Of a stretch of DNA of 64,000 nucleotides, positions 30,746-40,004 are shown piece by piece; the stretch's first letter is position 1; every line of letters begins with the position of its first letter. The notes below the pieces were generated by a model. The model was not told where the DNA came from. It did no database searches and saw only the letters and a program-made list of their open reading frames with translations. Made by a program: the position numbers and the translations under genes. The DNA is taken from the IMG/VR virus record IMGVR_UViG_3300050016_000171, positions 1 to 64,000 of that record. One strand, 5' to 3'. Source of the stretch: a virus.

Positions 30746-32535
30746 TGGCGCAGGGCGATAATACACCAGCAGGCAGCACCCTTCAGTGGTCTCCGGTCCC
30801 TGCGGATACGCCTCCTCCGAAAACTCAGGTGGGCGCACCCGAGGGCACATCTTTGACATGGACTGCGGTACCACCTCCGGCAGCAGCCCCCGTGGCTCCG
30901 GCGGCTCCGGCAGCACTTCCTTCGACGGGCGGCACGGACAAACCCGACAGTATGGTACAAACTGGTTTGGCAGCTATCGGTGAAACCGGCGCGAGTGTTG
31001 CTACAGGATTCGTGAAAGGTATGGGCGATACTGTTAGCGGCGTCTCCCATCTAATTCACAAGATTCCGGGCGGCGTGGGCGAGGCACTGGCCCCGGAAGC
31101 AGGAATTACTTCGTTGGATCAACGCGATGTCGCCAACGGTACCGCGGAGATGGCCGGTAAAGGACTGGAGGGAATCGCCGAGTTCGCGACGGGTGACGAA
31201 GCTTTGGAGGGCCTGTCGAAGGCTTCGAAGCTTGTGGCTCTCGCCAAGAAGTACCCCGCAATCGCCGAAACCCTGAACATGGCGAGCAAGAACAAGATTC
31301 TCGAAAAGATCATCACGGGCGCGAAGACCGCAGTGGGAAACCCAGCGGCAAGAGCGGCGATTGTAGGTACTGGGCAAGGCGCCGTTAAGGGTGCGCAGGA
31401 AGATAACGCGGTCAAAGGCGCAGTTGTGGGCGGTGTAACTGCGGGAGCCACCGGTGCTTTGACGGAAGCGGCCCCGGACATTTTCAACTGGATGGCGCGC
31501 AAAGCAGGGATGGGTGGTCAGGATTTCAAGGGTGCCATGACGATTGCGGGACGCCCCAGCGTTGCCGAGGGTAAGAAATTCGCAACGGCGTTGGACGGTA
31601 CGAAGGATATTTTGACGACCATCCCGAACAAGTCGATAAAAGATGTCGGGGATTTCGAGGATGCTGTGCACAACAAGGCTAACGAGTTGTGGCAAACCCA
31701 AGTTAAGCCCGATGTGGACAGCATACACGATAAGTTGATTGATTTGTCCTCTGTCCGAGATAACGTTCAGGCGGCGGCTACTCGCTCTATGAAGAAATAC
31801 TTCCCGAACGAGGCTAGGGAGATTGAGGAGTTTGCCAACCACTTCGGAAAGTCAACGGTTGGTGAAGCCGACGAAGACCTTCAGATGTTCAACGCCAGAC
31901 TGAAAAAGTTTTACAGAATGAATTCTGTAGATCAGAACGCGGCTTTGCAAAATCAAGGCGCGGTCGCCTCTTTGGAAAGTGCGGCGGATGGCCTGCGGGA
32001 TAAAATCTACAGCACCATCGATGAGGAGAAGGGGTATCCTGCGGGCACGACCGCAACTCTTCGCCGCCAGTATGGGCAGTTAAAAGATATCGAGCGCACA
32101 TTCGGTAAGCGCGCGGTGGTTGTGGATCGTCAGGCTCCTTTGAACATGACGCAGGTTCTCGCAATGACTGTGGGCGCGGGTCGCCTTCTGGCCGGTGATC
32201 CTACAGAGGCAGTTGCGGCAGCGATGCCGTGGATGACTAAGACTCGCGGTAGCGCGAAGTCTCTCATCAAGCAAGGGCTCAATGACGCGCGCGAACAAGC
32301 CGGAAGTCCGGCTCTGGGTGACCGCGTTCAGAGCGCGATAGGAAAGGCGTCTAAGGCGATTCCCTCCATCGCTACTCAGGCCGCGAACGCCGCAGTACCG
32401 CAGGGTACTCCTGAACTTCAGAAAGGGTTTGTCCGCATTCAAGACAGTAGAGGTGGAGTTCACGACGTGCCTCAGGAATCTTTGACGGGTCTTCAACAGA
32501 AGGACGCAGGTATCAAAATTCTCGGGGGCGAGTAA
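30745..32535 (+). CDS. internal virion / DNA ejection protein
   Basis: 596 aa; Gly/Ala-rich membrane-active-like segments; TAATG coupling. Confidence 0.55.
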   Translation: MAQGDNTPAGSTLQWSPVPADTPPPKTQVGAPEGTSLTWTAVPPPAAAPVAPAAPAALPSTGGTDKPDSMVQTGLAAIGETGASVATGFVKGMGDTVSGVSHLIHKIPGGVGEALAPEAGITSLDQRDVANGTAEMAGKGLEGIAEFATGDEALEGLSKASKLVALAKKYPAIAETLNMASKNKILEKIITGAKTAVGNPAARAAIVGTGQGAVKGAQEDNAVKGAVVGGVTAGATGALTEAAPDIFNWMARKAGMGGQDFKGAMTIAGRPSVAEGKKFATALDGTKDILTTIPNKSIKDVGDFEDAVHNKANELWQTQVKPDVDSIHDKLIDLSSVRDNVQAAATRSMKKYFPNEAREIEEFANHFGKSTVGEADEDLQMFNARLKKFYRMNSVDQNAALQNQGAVASLESAADGLRDKIYSTIDEEKGYPAGTTATLRRQYGQLKDIERTFGKRAVVVDRQAPLNMTQVLAMTVGAGRLLAGDPTEAVAAAMPWMTKTRGSAKSLIKQGLNDAREQAGSPALGDRVQSAIGKASKAIPSIATQAANAAVPQGTPELQKGFVRIQDSRGGVHDVPQESLTGLQQKDAGIKILGGE

Positions 32536-34046
32536 TGGCAACCGACACGCCGCCTACTCCGGCAGCGCCTAAACTTCCAGACAACTATGACCCGAATATG
32601 GGCGTCATTGCTCCGGGATTAGTGGAAGCGGGCAATCTTGAACTCAACGGTCGTCCCCTCGTGCAGAACGACGACGGCACCCACAGCAGCGAATATTCCT
32701 TTTCATTCGGAACCGACAAGGGCGAGACACTTGTGCCCACAGTTGTTGGCGGTCGATTCCTCACACCCGACGGTAAGAAACCCCAAGTTGGTAGCCAAGC
32801 GGACAAGGATATGCACAAGGCTGCGCAAGATCACTACAATCGCACAGGCGAGCATCTTGGCATCTTCGATACGCCCGAGAACGCGGACACGTACGCGAGC
32901 GCGGTTCATAACCGTCGCCTCCGTCCCGGTTTGACCCCCTCAGACGTTCAAGGGGCTGGCGGGAAAACTGTCGTTCCTCCCACGCTTCAAAAAGTATCGG
33001 GAGTAAACAGGGCTCTCGAAAACGAAGGGACGATGAATCAAGGTAAGGCCGACTATAAAAATTGGCTTTATAAGAATAGCCCCGCCGAATTCAAAAAGGC
33101 GTACCCGGCTGAGTTTCTTTATCGTAAAGGATACAACTACGCCGAAGACGCGATCACGGAACCCGCGACTCACATGTTGACGGGCAAAGCGCGCGAGGAA
33201 ATTGCGCCTAAGATTCACGAACTTGCTGAAACGGGACTAGGCCTTGCGGGCGCAGTGAAGCCCGGCCAGACAGAGCCTGTCATAAAGCAGGGAGTTATAG
33301 CGCCTGAGGGCGGCGGTCTGGACCCCGAAGACATCGAGATTGCGGGTGGTAAAACAATTGTTCCCCCTACACCGCGCGCGCCAGAATACCCCACTGTGCA
33401 GATGAGCCCGCAGGAATTTCTGGATCAGACTTCGGCCCATGAAAGCCATGTGTCTCCCGAAGCGGTCAAGAGTTATCGGACGAAAATTCAGAAGGGCGAA
33501 CCTCTCGAACCCCTAGAGATTCATCACGACGCCGACGGCAACATCGTGGGCGCGAACGGTCGACACAGGGCCGCGGCCATGCTGGCCGAGAAAGTCCCAT
33601 CGACGGCTGTTCGCAGGATTAAGACTGTTCCCCCGCCCGAAGAGGAACGTCTGGATTTAGGGAAGATCGATGAGCCAAATTATGCCGAGGCTGCGAAGAG
33701 CGCGGGTGTGGAGTTCCGCGGAGTTCAGAAAGGCATGGAAGGTTTGCACCCCGGCCTCGCGATGTTCCAAGATCCTAAGAGCGGCACGTCTGTGGGTGTG
33801 AGGCTGGATGAGTGGTCTCCCGATAAACTTCAGGAGCACATCGACGCTGCGCGCGAGCGTATGGCGCCCAAAACCGCAGTCAAGCCCGCTAAGAGACCTC
33901 AACAAAATTTTCAGGTGATCGATACCCAGACCGGCGACGTGATGAGTTCGCACTCAACAGCAGCAAGGGCGCGGCTGGCCTCGAATATGAAGGATTTGGA
34001 GCACGGCGGGACTCGGTACACGGTTAAGCAAAGGCCAAACAAATAA
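32535..34046 (+). CDS. multidomain protein with ParB/Srx-like domain (probably injected)
   Basis: N-terminal GNLELNGRP...TGEHLGIFDTPE module; central MSPQEFL...ANGRHRAAA ParB-like motif. Confidence 0.55.
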   Translation: MATDTPPTPAAPKLPDNYDPNMGVIAPGLVEAGNLELNGRPLVQNDDGTHSSEYSFSFGTDKGETLVPTVVGGRFLTPDGKKPQVGSQADKDMHKAAQDHYNRTGEHLGIFDTPENADTYASAVHNRRLRPGLTPSDVQGAGGKTVVPPTLQKVSGVNRALENEGTMNQGKADYKNWLYKNSPAEFKKAYPAEFLYRKGYNYAEDAITEPATHMLTGKAREEIAPKIHELAETGLGLAGAVKPGQTEPVIKQGVIAPEGGGLDPEDIEIAGGKTIVPPTPRAPEYPTVQMSPQEFLDQTSAHESHVSPEAVKSYRTKIQKGEPLEPLEIHHDADGNIVGANGRHRAAAMLAEKVPSTAVRRIKTVPPPEEERLDLGKIDEPNYAEAAKSAGVEFRGVQKGMEGLHPGLAMFQDPKSGTSVGVRLDEWSPDKLQEHIDAARERMAPKTAVKPAKRPQQNFQVIDTQTGDVMSSHSTAARARLASNMKDLEHGGTRYTVKQRPNK

Positions 34047-34047
34047 C

Positions 34048-34076
34048 TTGACATTTAGACGCGACTGTAGTAAGCT
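34048..34076 (+). promoter_or_regulatory. sigma70-type promoter
   Basis: TTGACA-17 bp-TAAGCT. Confidence 0.7.
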
Positions 34077-34094
34077 GTTCATGGAGGCACCACT

Positions 34095-34199
34095 ATGACG
34101 AAATCCAAGTGCGAGCACCCCCAGACGGCTGGCGGTGTCTGTGTCAACTGCGGAGCCAAGATCGCTGTTGACGGCAACATCGCCCGTAAGAAATATTAG
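34095..34199 (+). CDS. 34-aa Cys/His microprotein (MTKSKCEHPQTAGGVCVNCGAKIAVDGNIARKKY)
   Basis: Own promoter, GGAGG RBS, CxH...CxxC motif; below the ORF track size cutoff. Confidence 0.65.
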   Translation: MTKSKCEHPQTAGGVCVNCGAKIAVDGNIARKKY

Positions 34200-34200
34200 C

Positions 34201-34229
34201 TTGACATTGGAGTCGTTCTGTAGTAGACT
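34201..34229 (+). promoter_or_regulatory. tmRNA promoter
   Basis: TTGACA-17 bp-TAGACT ending 6 nt before the tmRNA 5' end. Confidence 0.8.
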
Positions 34230-34235
34230 CTTTTT

Positions 34236-34591
34236 GGGCCCGATTCGGTTTCGACGGACGTGATTGTGGCTCGAAGGCATGCAGGGCTCGGTTCAACTCG
34301 CCCTTAACGAGTGGGACAAATTTAACTGGCGAATTTCAACTGCCACTCGCAGCCTAGAAAGCTGTGAGCGTATACCCCGCAAGCGCCCTACGGGTGGGGA
34401 CCATACGTCATAAGAAGGGCCGCTCGGCGAATCTTCTGTCCGTAGATCGCCGCTAAGATATCGGACTAGCTCCTGTCCACATTTATGCCCGCTGGTTCCG
34501 GGTGGGGGCGAAAGCTAAACCGCGGGACAAGCATGTAGTCTTCGGGTAACAGAGCGTTTCGGACGGGGCTTCGACGCCCCCGGGTCCACCA
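34236..34591 (+). ncRNA. ssrA: tmRNA (356 nt), tag (A)GEFQLPLAA
   Basis: Acceptor stem GGGCCCG/CGGGTCC with G3-U wobble and encoded ACCA; GGTTTCGAC at the 5' end; GCATG/CATG pairing; T-loop GGGGC-TTCGAC-GCCCC; tag ORF 34328-34357 after TAACT, ending LAA*. Confidence 0.95.
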
Positions 34592-34607
34592 ATTTTGAAA
34601 GGATAAA

Positions 34608-35051
34608 ATGAAACGCATAATTTTGGCGTATGCGGCTGGTTTGGTAGACGGGGAAGGAACAATCACGCTCTCCCGAGAGAAATCTTGGAGCGAATTTCGT
34701 CACCCTGTCGTGGTAGTTACGAGTACCACGTCATCCTTAGTGCGTTTCATGAAGCGGGAATTCGGCGGTGTGGTATCAAATAAGCGTGCAAGTAAGAAGG
34801 GGCACCTCCCTTCGAAAACATGGGCTGTTATCAATCGGAAGGCGATTCTGTTTCTGAAAGCGATGCTTCCATATCTTCGAGAACCGGAAAAAAGGCGTCG
34901 AGCATTGCTGATAATCAAGCAATATTTGAAAGTCACACCTCGGAATGGAAGATACACTCAGGAACAGCGGAAAGAAAAGCAGAATTTCGAACGACAATTT
35001 TGGGCAGGAAAATCGCGGTACAGCGTCAAAAGGAGGATACAATGTCAATGA
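34608..35051 (+). CDS. free-standing single-motif LAGLIDADG homing endonuclease
   Basis: AYAAGLVDGEGTI motif, FGG, LPYL...K; AAAGGA RBS. Confidence 0.85.
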   Translation: MKRIILAYAAGLVDGEGTITLSREKSWSEFRHPVVVVTSTTSSLVRFMKREFGGVVSNKRASKKGHLPSKTWAVINRKAILFLKAMLPYLREPEKRRRALLIIKQYLKVTPRNGRYTQEQRKEKQNFERQFWAGKSRYSVKRRIQCQ

Positions 35052-35206
35052 ACAGAGGCGGCGACAGCTTAGCTCGTGGGGCGTCAAGCTATACTTTTCG
35101 AGCCAGCGAATCGGGTACTCCGCAAGCGAAATGGAATTTGGCTTTCGGTGTGAACGACAAGGACGCCGGTGTCAGCAAGAAGCGCAAAAAGAAGTCGAAG
35201 CGTTAA
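35042..35206 (+). CDS. small basic hypothetical protein
   Basis: AGGAGG RBS; 54 aa with a Lys/Arg tail. Confidence 0.55.
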   Translation: MSMNRGGDSLARGASSYTFRASESGTPQAKWNLAFGVNDKDAGVSKKRKKKSKR

Positions 35207-35274
35207 AATACTCAATTTTACCCTGTACAAGAGGATAAGGGGTATAGTTAGCCCCTTAAAGTCGAGGGACCACT

Positions 35275-35700
35275 ATGCCTACCATGCCACCTCGGGATGA
35301 AGAGGGTCGTCACACTCGATTCCTGAAGTTCAAGGATGAGGTCGAAGATCGCCTAAAGAAGTGGATGAAGGACCATGCGGAAGACGTGCAGGAGGAGCAG
35401 AAGGCCCTTCCCGCCCCACCCGCCGAACTCTCCACGGTTCTGAAGGATTGGGCGAAGTCGGGCTCAGCCTTATCTACGAGCACTTGGTCGCCTTCTGAAT
35501 CGTTCTCATCTTCGTCATCTACAAGAAAGGTTATTGTGTCGCCCTCGGGCTATTTGGAAGGGGGTTGGGTTGTGACCATGGATGGAGAATTCGTGTACAG
35601 TTATTACGGATTGAATGCGCACGCCAAGGCTACGAAACTTGCCGTGAATCTGGCGAACGGAGATATATCGCCGGACGACCCCAGCCTTAGAGTACCCTGA
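35275..35700 (+). CDS. hypothetical protein
   Basis: GAGGG RBS; last + strand gene, converging on the integrase. Confidence 0.6.
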   Translation: MPTMPPRDEEGRHTRFLKFKDEVEDRLKKWMKDHAEDVQEEQKALPAPPAELSTVLKDWAKSGSALSTSTWSPSESFSSSSSTRKVIVSPSGYLEGGWVVTMDGEFVYSYYGLNAHAKATKLAVNLANGDISPDDPSLRVP

Positions 35701-36625
35701 GGGTGAAACCTAGTCCGGCCTTCTCGGCCCACTGTTTGCGGATCTCCACGTTCTGAGACAGTTTTGAATACCGATCCGAGATGTCTTTCCCGCTGTGGCC
35801 GATCCAGTATTTCAGCAGATCCTCCGGCGCCCCAACTTCGCGCAGCCGCGTCACGCGAAACCTCCGCAGGCTGTGGAATCCCGGAATGCCGTCCTTCTTC
35901 GCCGCGTCGTACGCCGTCGGCAGCGGCAGGTACCCCCCGTTATATCCTGTGAACAGTAGATTGCCTGCTGGGCAATCTTCCTGACACAAAACCTCATTTA
36001 TGTCCGCATGGATGTCCACTTCGCGGAACCCCGCCGCGGTCTTCGGCCTCACAAACTCCCCATTCTGAACCTGACCCCGAATTATCAGCTTGCTCTCCCC
36101 CGGCAACCATATTGAACTGCGGCCATCATCTGGGCGACCCGCGCGGAGCGCGAGAGCTTCGCTGATTCTAAGCCCCGTTCCGGCCAGAAGTGCGTACAGT
36201 GCCCTAAATTGCCCTCCGGCCCCGGAAATAGCCCTTTCCAGCGCGGGAACCCCTATCACAGGGGCCTTTTGATCTCGGGAAGAGACGATGGGAAGGTCTA
36301 TAAACTCGTTGTTCCATGCCCGGGGATATAGTTCGTTGCCGTTGGCGTCCTGACAACTAGCCACGACGGCCTTGACCAGATTGGCGATGGACACCACGGT
36401 AGAAGGGGCCAGCCCTTCCAGACCTCCCACGAACCTCTTCATGGCGCCGTTCTCGAAGACCGCAATATTGACCCCGCCCAGAGAGGGCAAGATGTGCGCG
36501 CGAAGGTGAGACTGGTAGATTCGAATCGTGTTCGCCGAGATTGGCGCCCGCTTCCGGGTTTCCAGTGCTTCGAGGAATTTCTTGGACTGTTGTGCGAAGG
36601 TCATGGTCGTACTTTCTTCATCCAT
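35687..36625 (-). CDS. int: tyrosine recombinase / integrase
   Basis: TGLRISEALAL, PKT, FHSLRR, IGHS and Y in DISDRY catalytic set. Confidence 0.9.
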   Translation of the reverse strand: MDEESTTMTFAQQSKKFLEALETRKRAPISANTIRIYQSHLRAHILPSLGGVNIAVFENGAMKRFVGGLEGLAPSTVVSIANLVKAVVASCQDANGNELYPRAWNNEFIDLPIVSSRDQKAPVIGVPALERAISGAGGQFRALYALLAGTGLRISEALALRAGRPDDGRSSIWLPGESKLIIRGQVQNGEFVRPKTAAGFREVDIHADINEVLCQEDCPAGNLLFTGYNGGYLPLPTAYDAAKKDGIPGFHSLRRFRVTRLREVGAPEDLLKYWIGHSGKDISDRYSKLSQNVEIRKQWAEKAGLGFTLRVL

Positions 36626-36712
36626 TTTGCCACAGGGCCACGATCAGCGCCCCATCCCCCATGAGAAGAAGAAAGATTATTTGCTCAACTGTTTTGACCA
36701 CGGTTGTCCTCC

Positions 36713-36853
36713 TTAGTTGTTCGTCACAAAGAAGCCGCCAAGGACAAGAGCCCCGGCGCCAACAGCCAAACCCGCCCAATTGTGCGTCCACAAGCCCCAA
36801 CCAAACGCCATCACTGCAACTCCAAAGAAAAACCCAGCCATTACCTCTTCCAT
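36713..36853 (-). CDS. 46-aa two-TM microprotein
   Basis: AGGAGG RBS; MEEVMAGFFFGVAVMAFGWGLWTHNWAGLAVGAGALVLGGFFVTNN. Confidence 0.6.
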   Translation of the reverse strand: MEEVMAGFFFGVAVMAFGWGLWTHNWAGLAVGAGALVLGGFFVTNN

Positions 36854-36863
36854 GTGTTCCTCC

Positions 36864-37211
36864 TTAGAGAATTTTGTCGTACGCCCCGGCCATGAAGAGT
36901 CTCACCTTCTCGGCTTCGAATCGCATGCCGTGACTACCCTTATAGTCAAATCCCAGAAAAACATGAATCATCTCGTGTAGCAAAACGATCTCGGCTTCAT
37001 CAAGATGCCCCTTGAGATCCTTGTGAACGAATACGTGAACTGCTCCGCTCGTCATGTAAATAGTGTGTCCGTCCTGCTTCATCTTGACGAATTTTAGCAC
37101 CATAGGAAATGGGAGATTGCCTCCAAAATAAGTTTTGTTGAGTCTATCGTACATCGACCAAAGAGCCTTGTTCCCGGTCACGTAGCCCTTCTTACGCTTG
37201 CGCTTGGACAT
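36864..37211 (-). CDS. SprT-like zinc metalloprotease
   Basis: YDRLNKTYFGGNLP...LLHEMIH...HG..F. Confidence 0.8.
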   Translation of the reverse strand: MSKRKRKKGYVTGNKALWSMYDRLNKTYFGGNLPFPMVLKFVKMKQDGHTIYMTSGAVHVFVHKDLKGHLDEAEIVLLHEMIHVFLGFDYKGSHGMRFEAEKVRLFMAGAYDKIL

Positions 37212-38169
37212 TGGCCTCCCCGATGCGGCGAATTTTTCCCTCTTGAAATGCCTTCAAAAAGTCCTCAACATAGTACTCGTTGCGCGATAGCCAAATCAGC
37301 CTATAGTTGGAATTGGCGAACTCCCGGAACCACCCGCTGCATAGATTGGTGCAGATTCGCATCAGGGCCCAGTCGAAAGCCTCACTCGCGGTCGAGGGAC
37401 GGCCCTGCATGAAGATCATCGGCAGGATCATCCTCTCCAATGCGATCACGTAGGCTTCTTCGAGCACGCCTTGCACTCGGGCTTCGCGGGGCAAGGCCTC
37501 GAACTTCTCGCGCGAGCATGCGACTTTGGACGCGTCCTTCTTGTAGTATTCGAACATGGGCTTCTCGCGATGAGCCATGACGGCGTGAATCTCGTCGTGA
37601 ACGAAAAGTTTGTTGCTCACGCGGTCGTTGAAGAAATCTTCGGCGGTCTTGTCAAGAGAAGGCGTCTTCAACTTCCCGATCCGCTCCTCTGTTTCCTTCA
37701 GGCGCATGGTCGTGATGTCCGACAAGGCGTCGGAGCCCAGCAAATGCTTCAACATGGCCCGGTCCAGTGCGTGCTTCTTGAAGTTCCGGGGATAGTAGCG
37801 ATGCGAAAGCTTCAGCGAATACAGAACCTCCAGCGGCGCGTAGAGCATGGGCGCGTTGTCGGGATCTTGGCAGGCCCAGTCCGTTGTGGTCTTCAGAGTC
37901 TCCATGGTGTATTGCACGTATCGAAGGGAGGATTCATACTTACCCAACAGCTCGAACTCCACGCGATTGGGATACAGAACGTGGGGCGTCACGGCATCGC
38001 CCGCCCATTTACTATCGCTTCGATACGTTAGGCGAAGTTTGCGATAACGGGCGTACTTCTGCATTTCCTCATGGGAGCAGATGACGTCCATGTCCTGAGG
38101 CACGCGCCTCAATTGCAGCCCTCGAAGACGGAGAGCGCGTGCTAGCGCGACTGAGCCCACGATCAGCAT
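37192..38169 (-). CDS. pol-beta-type nucleotidyltransferase-like phage protein
   Basis: N-terminal LIVGSVAL...DMDV; C-terminal LKLSH, HDEIH and LEEAYVIALER. Confidence 0.65.
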   Translation of the reverse strand: MLIVGSVALARALRLRGLQLRRVPQDMDVICSHEEMQKYARYRKLRLTYRSDSKWAGDAVTPHVLYPNRVEFELLGKYESSLRYVQYTMETLKTTTDWACQDPDNAPMLYAPLEVLYSLKLSHRYYPRNFKKHALDRAMLKHLLGSDALSDITTMRLKETEERIGKLKTPSLDKTAEDFFNDRVSNKLFVHDEIHAVMAHREKPMFEYYKKDASKVACSREKFEALPREARVQGVLEEAYVIALERMILPMIFMQGRPSTASEAFDWALMRICTNLCSGWFREFANSNYRLIWLSRNEYYVEDFLKAFQEGKIRRIGEANVQAQA

Positions 38170-38426
38170 TAGTAGCTGCTCTCGGGTTCGATACTCTCTT
38201 CCACATACGAGAAGCCTGTGGGATTGATATCGGTCTGTTCCAATTGGGCCTCGGAGATGTCCAGCTTGAGTCCCAGTCCCGCGCGCTCAGCATCCCTATT
38301 CAGGTTGTTGATGGCGTAAACCGTGTCCGAGGTATCGGTGATTTCGTCGCGGTATTCCTGCAAGATTACATCCAATCTCTTGTAGGCTTCCACGATTGTC
38401 AACTTCACTTTCTTAGGCGTCGGCAT
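38169..38426 (-). CDS. small acidic protein coupled to the nucleotidyltransferase-like gene
   Basis: TAATG overlap with the downstream gene; ends ESSY. Confidence 0.6.
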   Translation of the reverse strand: MPTPKKVKLTIVEAYKRLDVILQEYRDEITDTSDTVYAINNLNRDAERAGLGLKLDISEAQLEQTDINPTGFSYVEESIEPESSY

Positions 38427-38703
38427 TTGTTTCCTCCTTTGGTTTTAAGTTCCCTAACTCTACGGCAGCCTTTTCGACCAATTCGTCGATCACGGCTTCC
38501 TTAGTCACTTTCAAAACGTACTCCTTGCAGGCCCGCTTGATCGTGAACCCCTGAGGCACCACAAGAATGGGCACGTCGAACCCCAACCCCATCGTGCGCC
38601 CGATGCCGACGAGACCCTTCACCATCTCAGAGTCGCTGACGATAATGATGTCGCCCCGGCGAAGCCTCAAACGGCGAATGGCTTTACGGCTGATGACCTT
38701 CAT
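38413..38703 (-). CDS. hypothetical protein
   Basis: AGGAGG RBS. Confidence 0.6.
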   Translation of the reverse strand: MKVISRKAIRRLRLRRGDIIIVSDSEMVKGLVGIGRTMGLGFDVPILVVPQGFTIKRACKEYVLKVTKEAVIDELVEKAAVELGNLKPKEETNADA

Positions 38704-38711
38704 GTTTCCTC

Positions 38712-38870
38712 CTACTGTTGCCTTTGAATTTGTACCGCCGCGTTATGCTCTGCCCTGTTCGAGCTGGTGGAGATGGGTGCACTCGTCATCCACGCAAACG
38801 CTATGCAAAACAACAAGAACACCGCGATGACTGTCCATCCCAGAATCCAGTCTTTTTGATCCCTAGTCAT
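38712..38870 (-). CDS. small single-TM protein
   Basis: AGGAGG RBS before MTRDQKDW; one TM segment. Confidence 0.55.
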   Translation of the reverse strand: MTRDQKDWILGWTVIAVFLLFCIAFAWMTSAPISTSSNRAEHNAAVQIQRQQ

Positions 38871-38880
38871 AGAGCCTCCT

Positions 38881-39064
38881 TTATTTAGGGAATGGTGCGT
38901 GTCCCAGTGCGATAACTGTGAGCACAAGGTATATTTCTGCAAGTAACTGCCAGAAAGCCGTCTCGAAATTCCCCTCGTCGAACGCTATGACGAACATGAT
39001 GATGCCGTTAATCAGTGCTGCAAAAAATCGTGATTACAAACATGACCAAAGCGAGTACTTCCAT
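38881..39064 (-). pseudogene. two-TM membrane protein gene frameshifted at a T6 run
   Basis: GGAGG RBS; removing one base from the A6 run at 39022-39027 gives a 60-aa ORF that fills the gap between neighbours. Confidence 0.65.
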
Positions 39065-39074
39065 GTGTTTCCTC

Positions 39075-39344
39075 CTATGACTTCAACCATTTGACCAGTT
39101 GTTGCCGGGCTCGACCACGGAATTGGTGGCATCCCAGTTCAATAGTCAGATGGTACTTTGCGGGAAAAATACGAGCGATGTTGCCGTTGATAAAACGTTT
39201 GCCGGATCTCTTGTAAAGTTTAAAGCAGTTGCCGTTCTGAATCGCAAATTGAATGTCTGTCTTCTTCGCGAAAAAGTACTCATCCCTAGCCGCGGTTTTC
39301 AGAAGATAGAATTTGCGCTTGTTGGTGTCGAGAATGGTGATCAT
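39075..39344 (-). CDS. hypothetical protein
   Basis: ATGA-coupled to the upstream ORF. Confidence 0.55.
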   Translation of the reverse strand: MITILDTNKRKFYLLKTAARDEYFFAKKTDIQFAIQNGNCFKLYKRSGKRFINGNIARIFPAKYHLTIELGCHQFRGRARQQLVKWLKS

Positions 39345-39770
39345 TGCGCCACCCTAATTTCCGCGGGCTCCCATCGGGTCTGCGGACGATAGAACGGTGA
39401 ATCCTCGCGAACGATACGCGACGTGTTGTTCGTGCCCGGATCTGCGAACGGACGAGGCTCCAGCCCCACGGCCAGTTCCGCCTTGTGGACGGCTTCAACT
39501 ACCTGTTGCAGTAAGGTCTTCACCGTGTCCTCCTTTCAATTTGATCGCTGTCATTAGCGTCCCCGACCCATTCCCCTTTATTCCAACCCGGCCACGAAAC
39601 TCCGTAGTGCAGATCGCCCGGGTATACCTCAACTACCGTTTGGCGAATCCAAGTAGTTTCCAGCCAATACGTGTATCCGTCCTTGGCTTCGTGAGGAAGG
39701 AGCGCGACCCGTCTCACGAGACGCGTATCCCCCAACTTCAGTTCCGGGGGCTCGGGTTTAGTTATCCACC

Positions 39771-39983
39771 TCATGCTCTCTTCTCCACGGCGATGGCGTG
39801 ATCGCAACGGGTTCGGGGATGGAAAGCCTTCTCTTCGCAAGTGCAGCGCCACGTAATACCATCTCCCCTTTTGTGGCCGGTCACTGTGTGAACCACATGC
39901 TTGCGGGTCCGGCTTGCTACACGGGCGTAAACCACCACTCCCGCTCTGGGTTCCTTCACATGCCTTAGACTGATGATTTTCAT
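39771..39983 (-). CDS. SWIM zinc-finger protein
   Basis: WRCTC...RCDH motif; first gene after the promoter at 40005. Confidence 0.65.
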   Translation of the reverse strand: MKIISLRHVKEPRAGVVVYARVASRTRKHVVHTVTGHKRGDGITWRCTCEEKAFHPRTRCDHAIAVEKRA

Positions 39984-40004
39984 CTGATCCTCCTATACGC
40001 CCCC

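Noticed and set aside
34560-34591. Apparent tRNA gene (T-arm plus CCA)
   Set aside because: This is the 3' tRNA-like domain of the tmRNA; I found no standalone tRNA by eye.
34608-35051. LAGLIDADG gene as an intron or intein ORF
   Set aside because: It starts after the intact tmRNA 3' end with its own RBS; no flanking intron core or intein motifs were seen.
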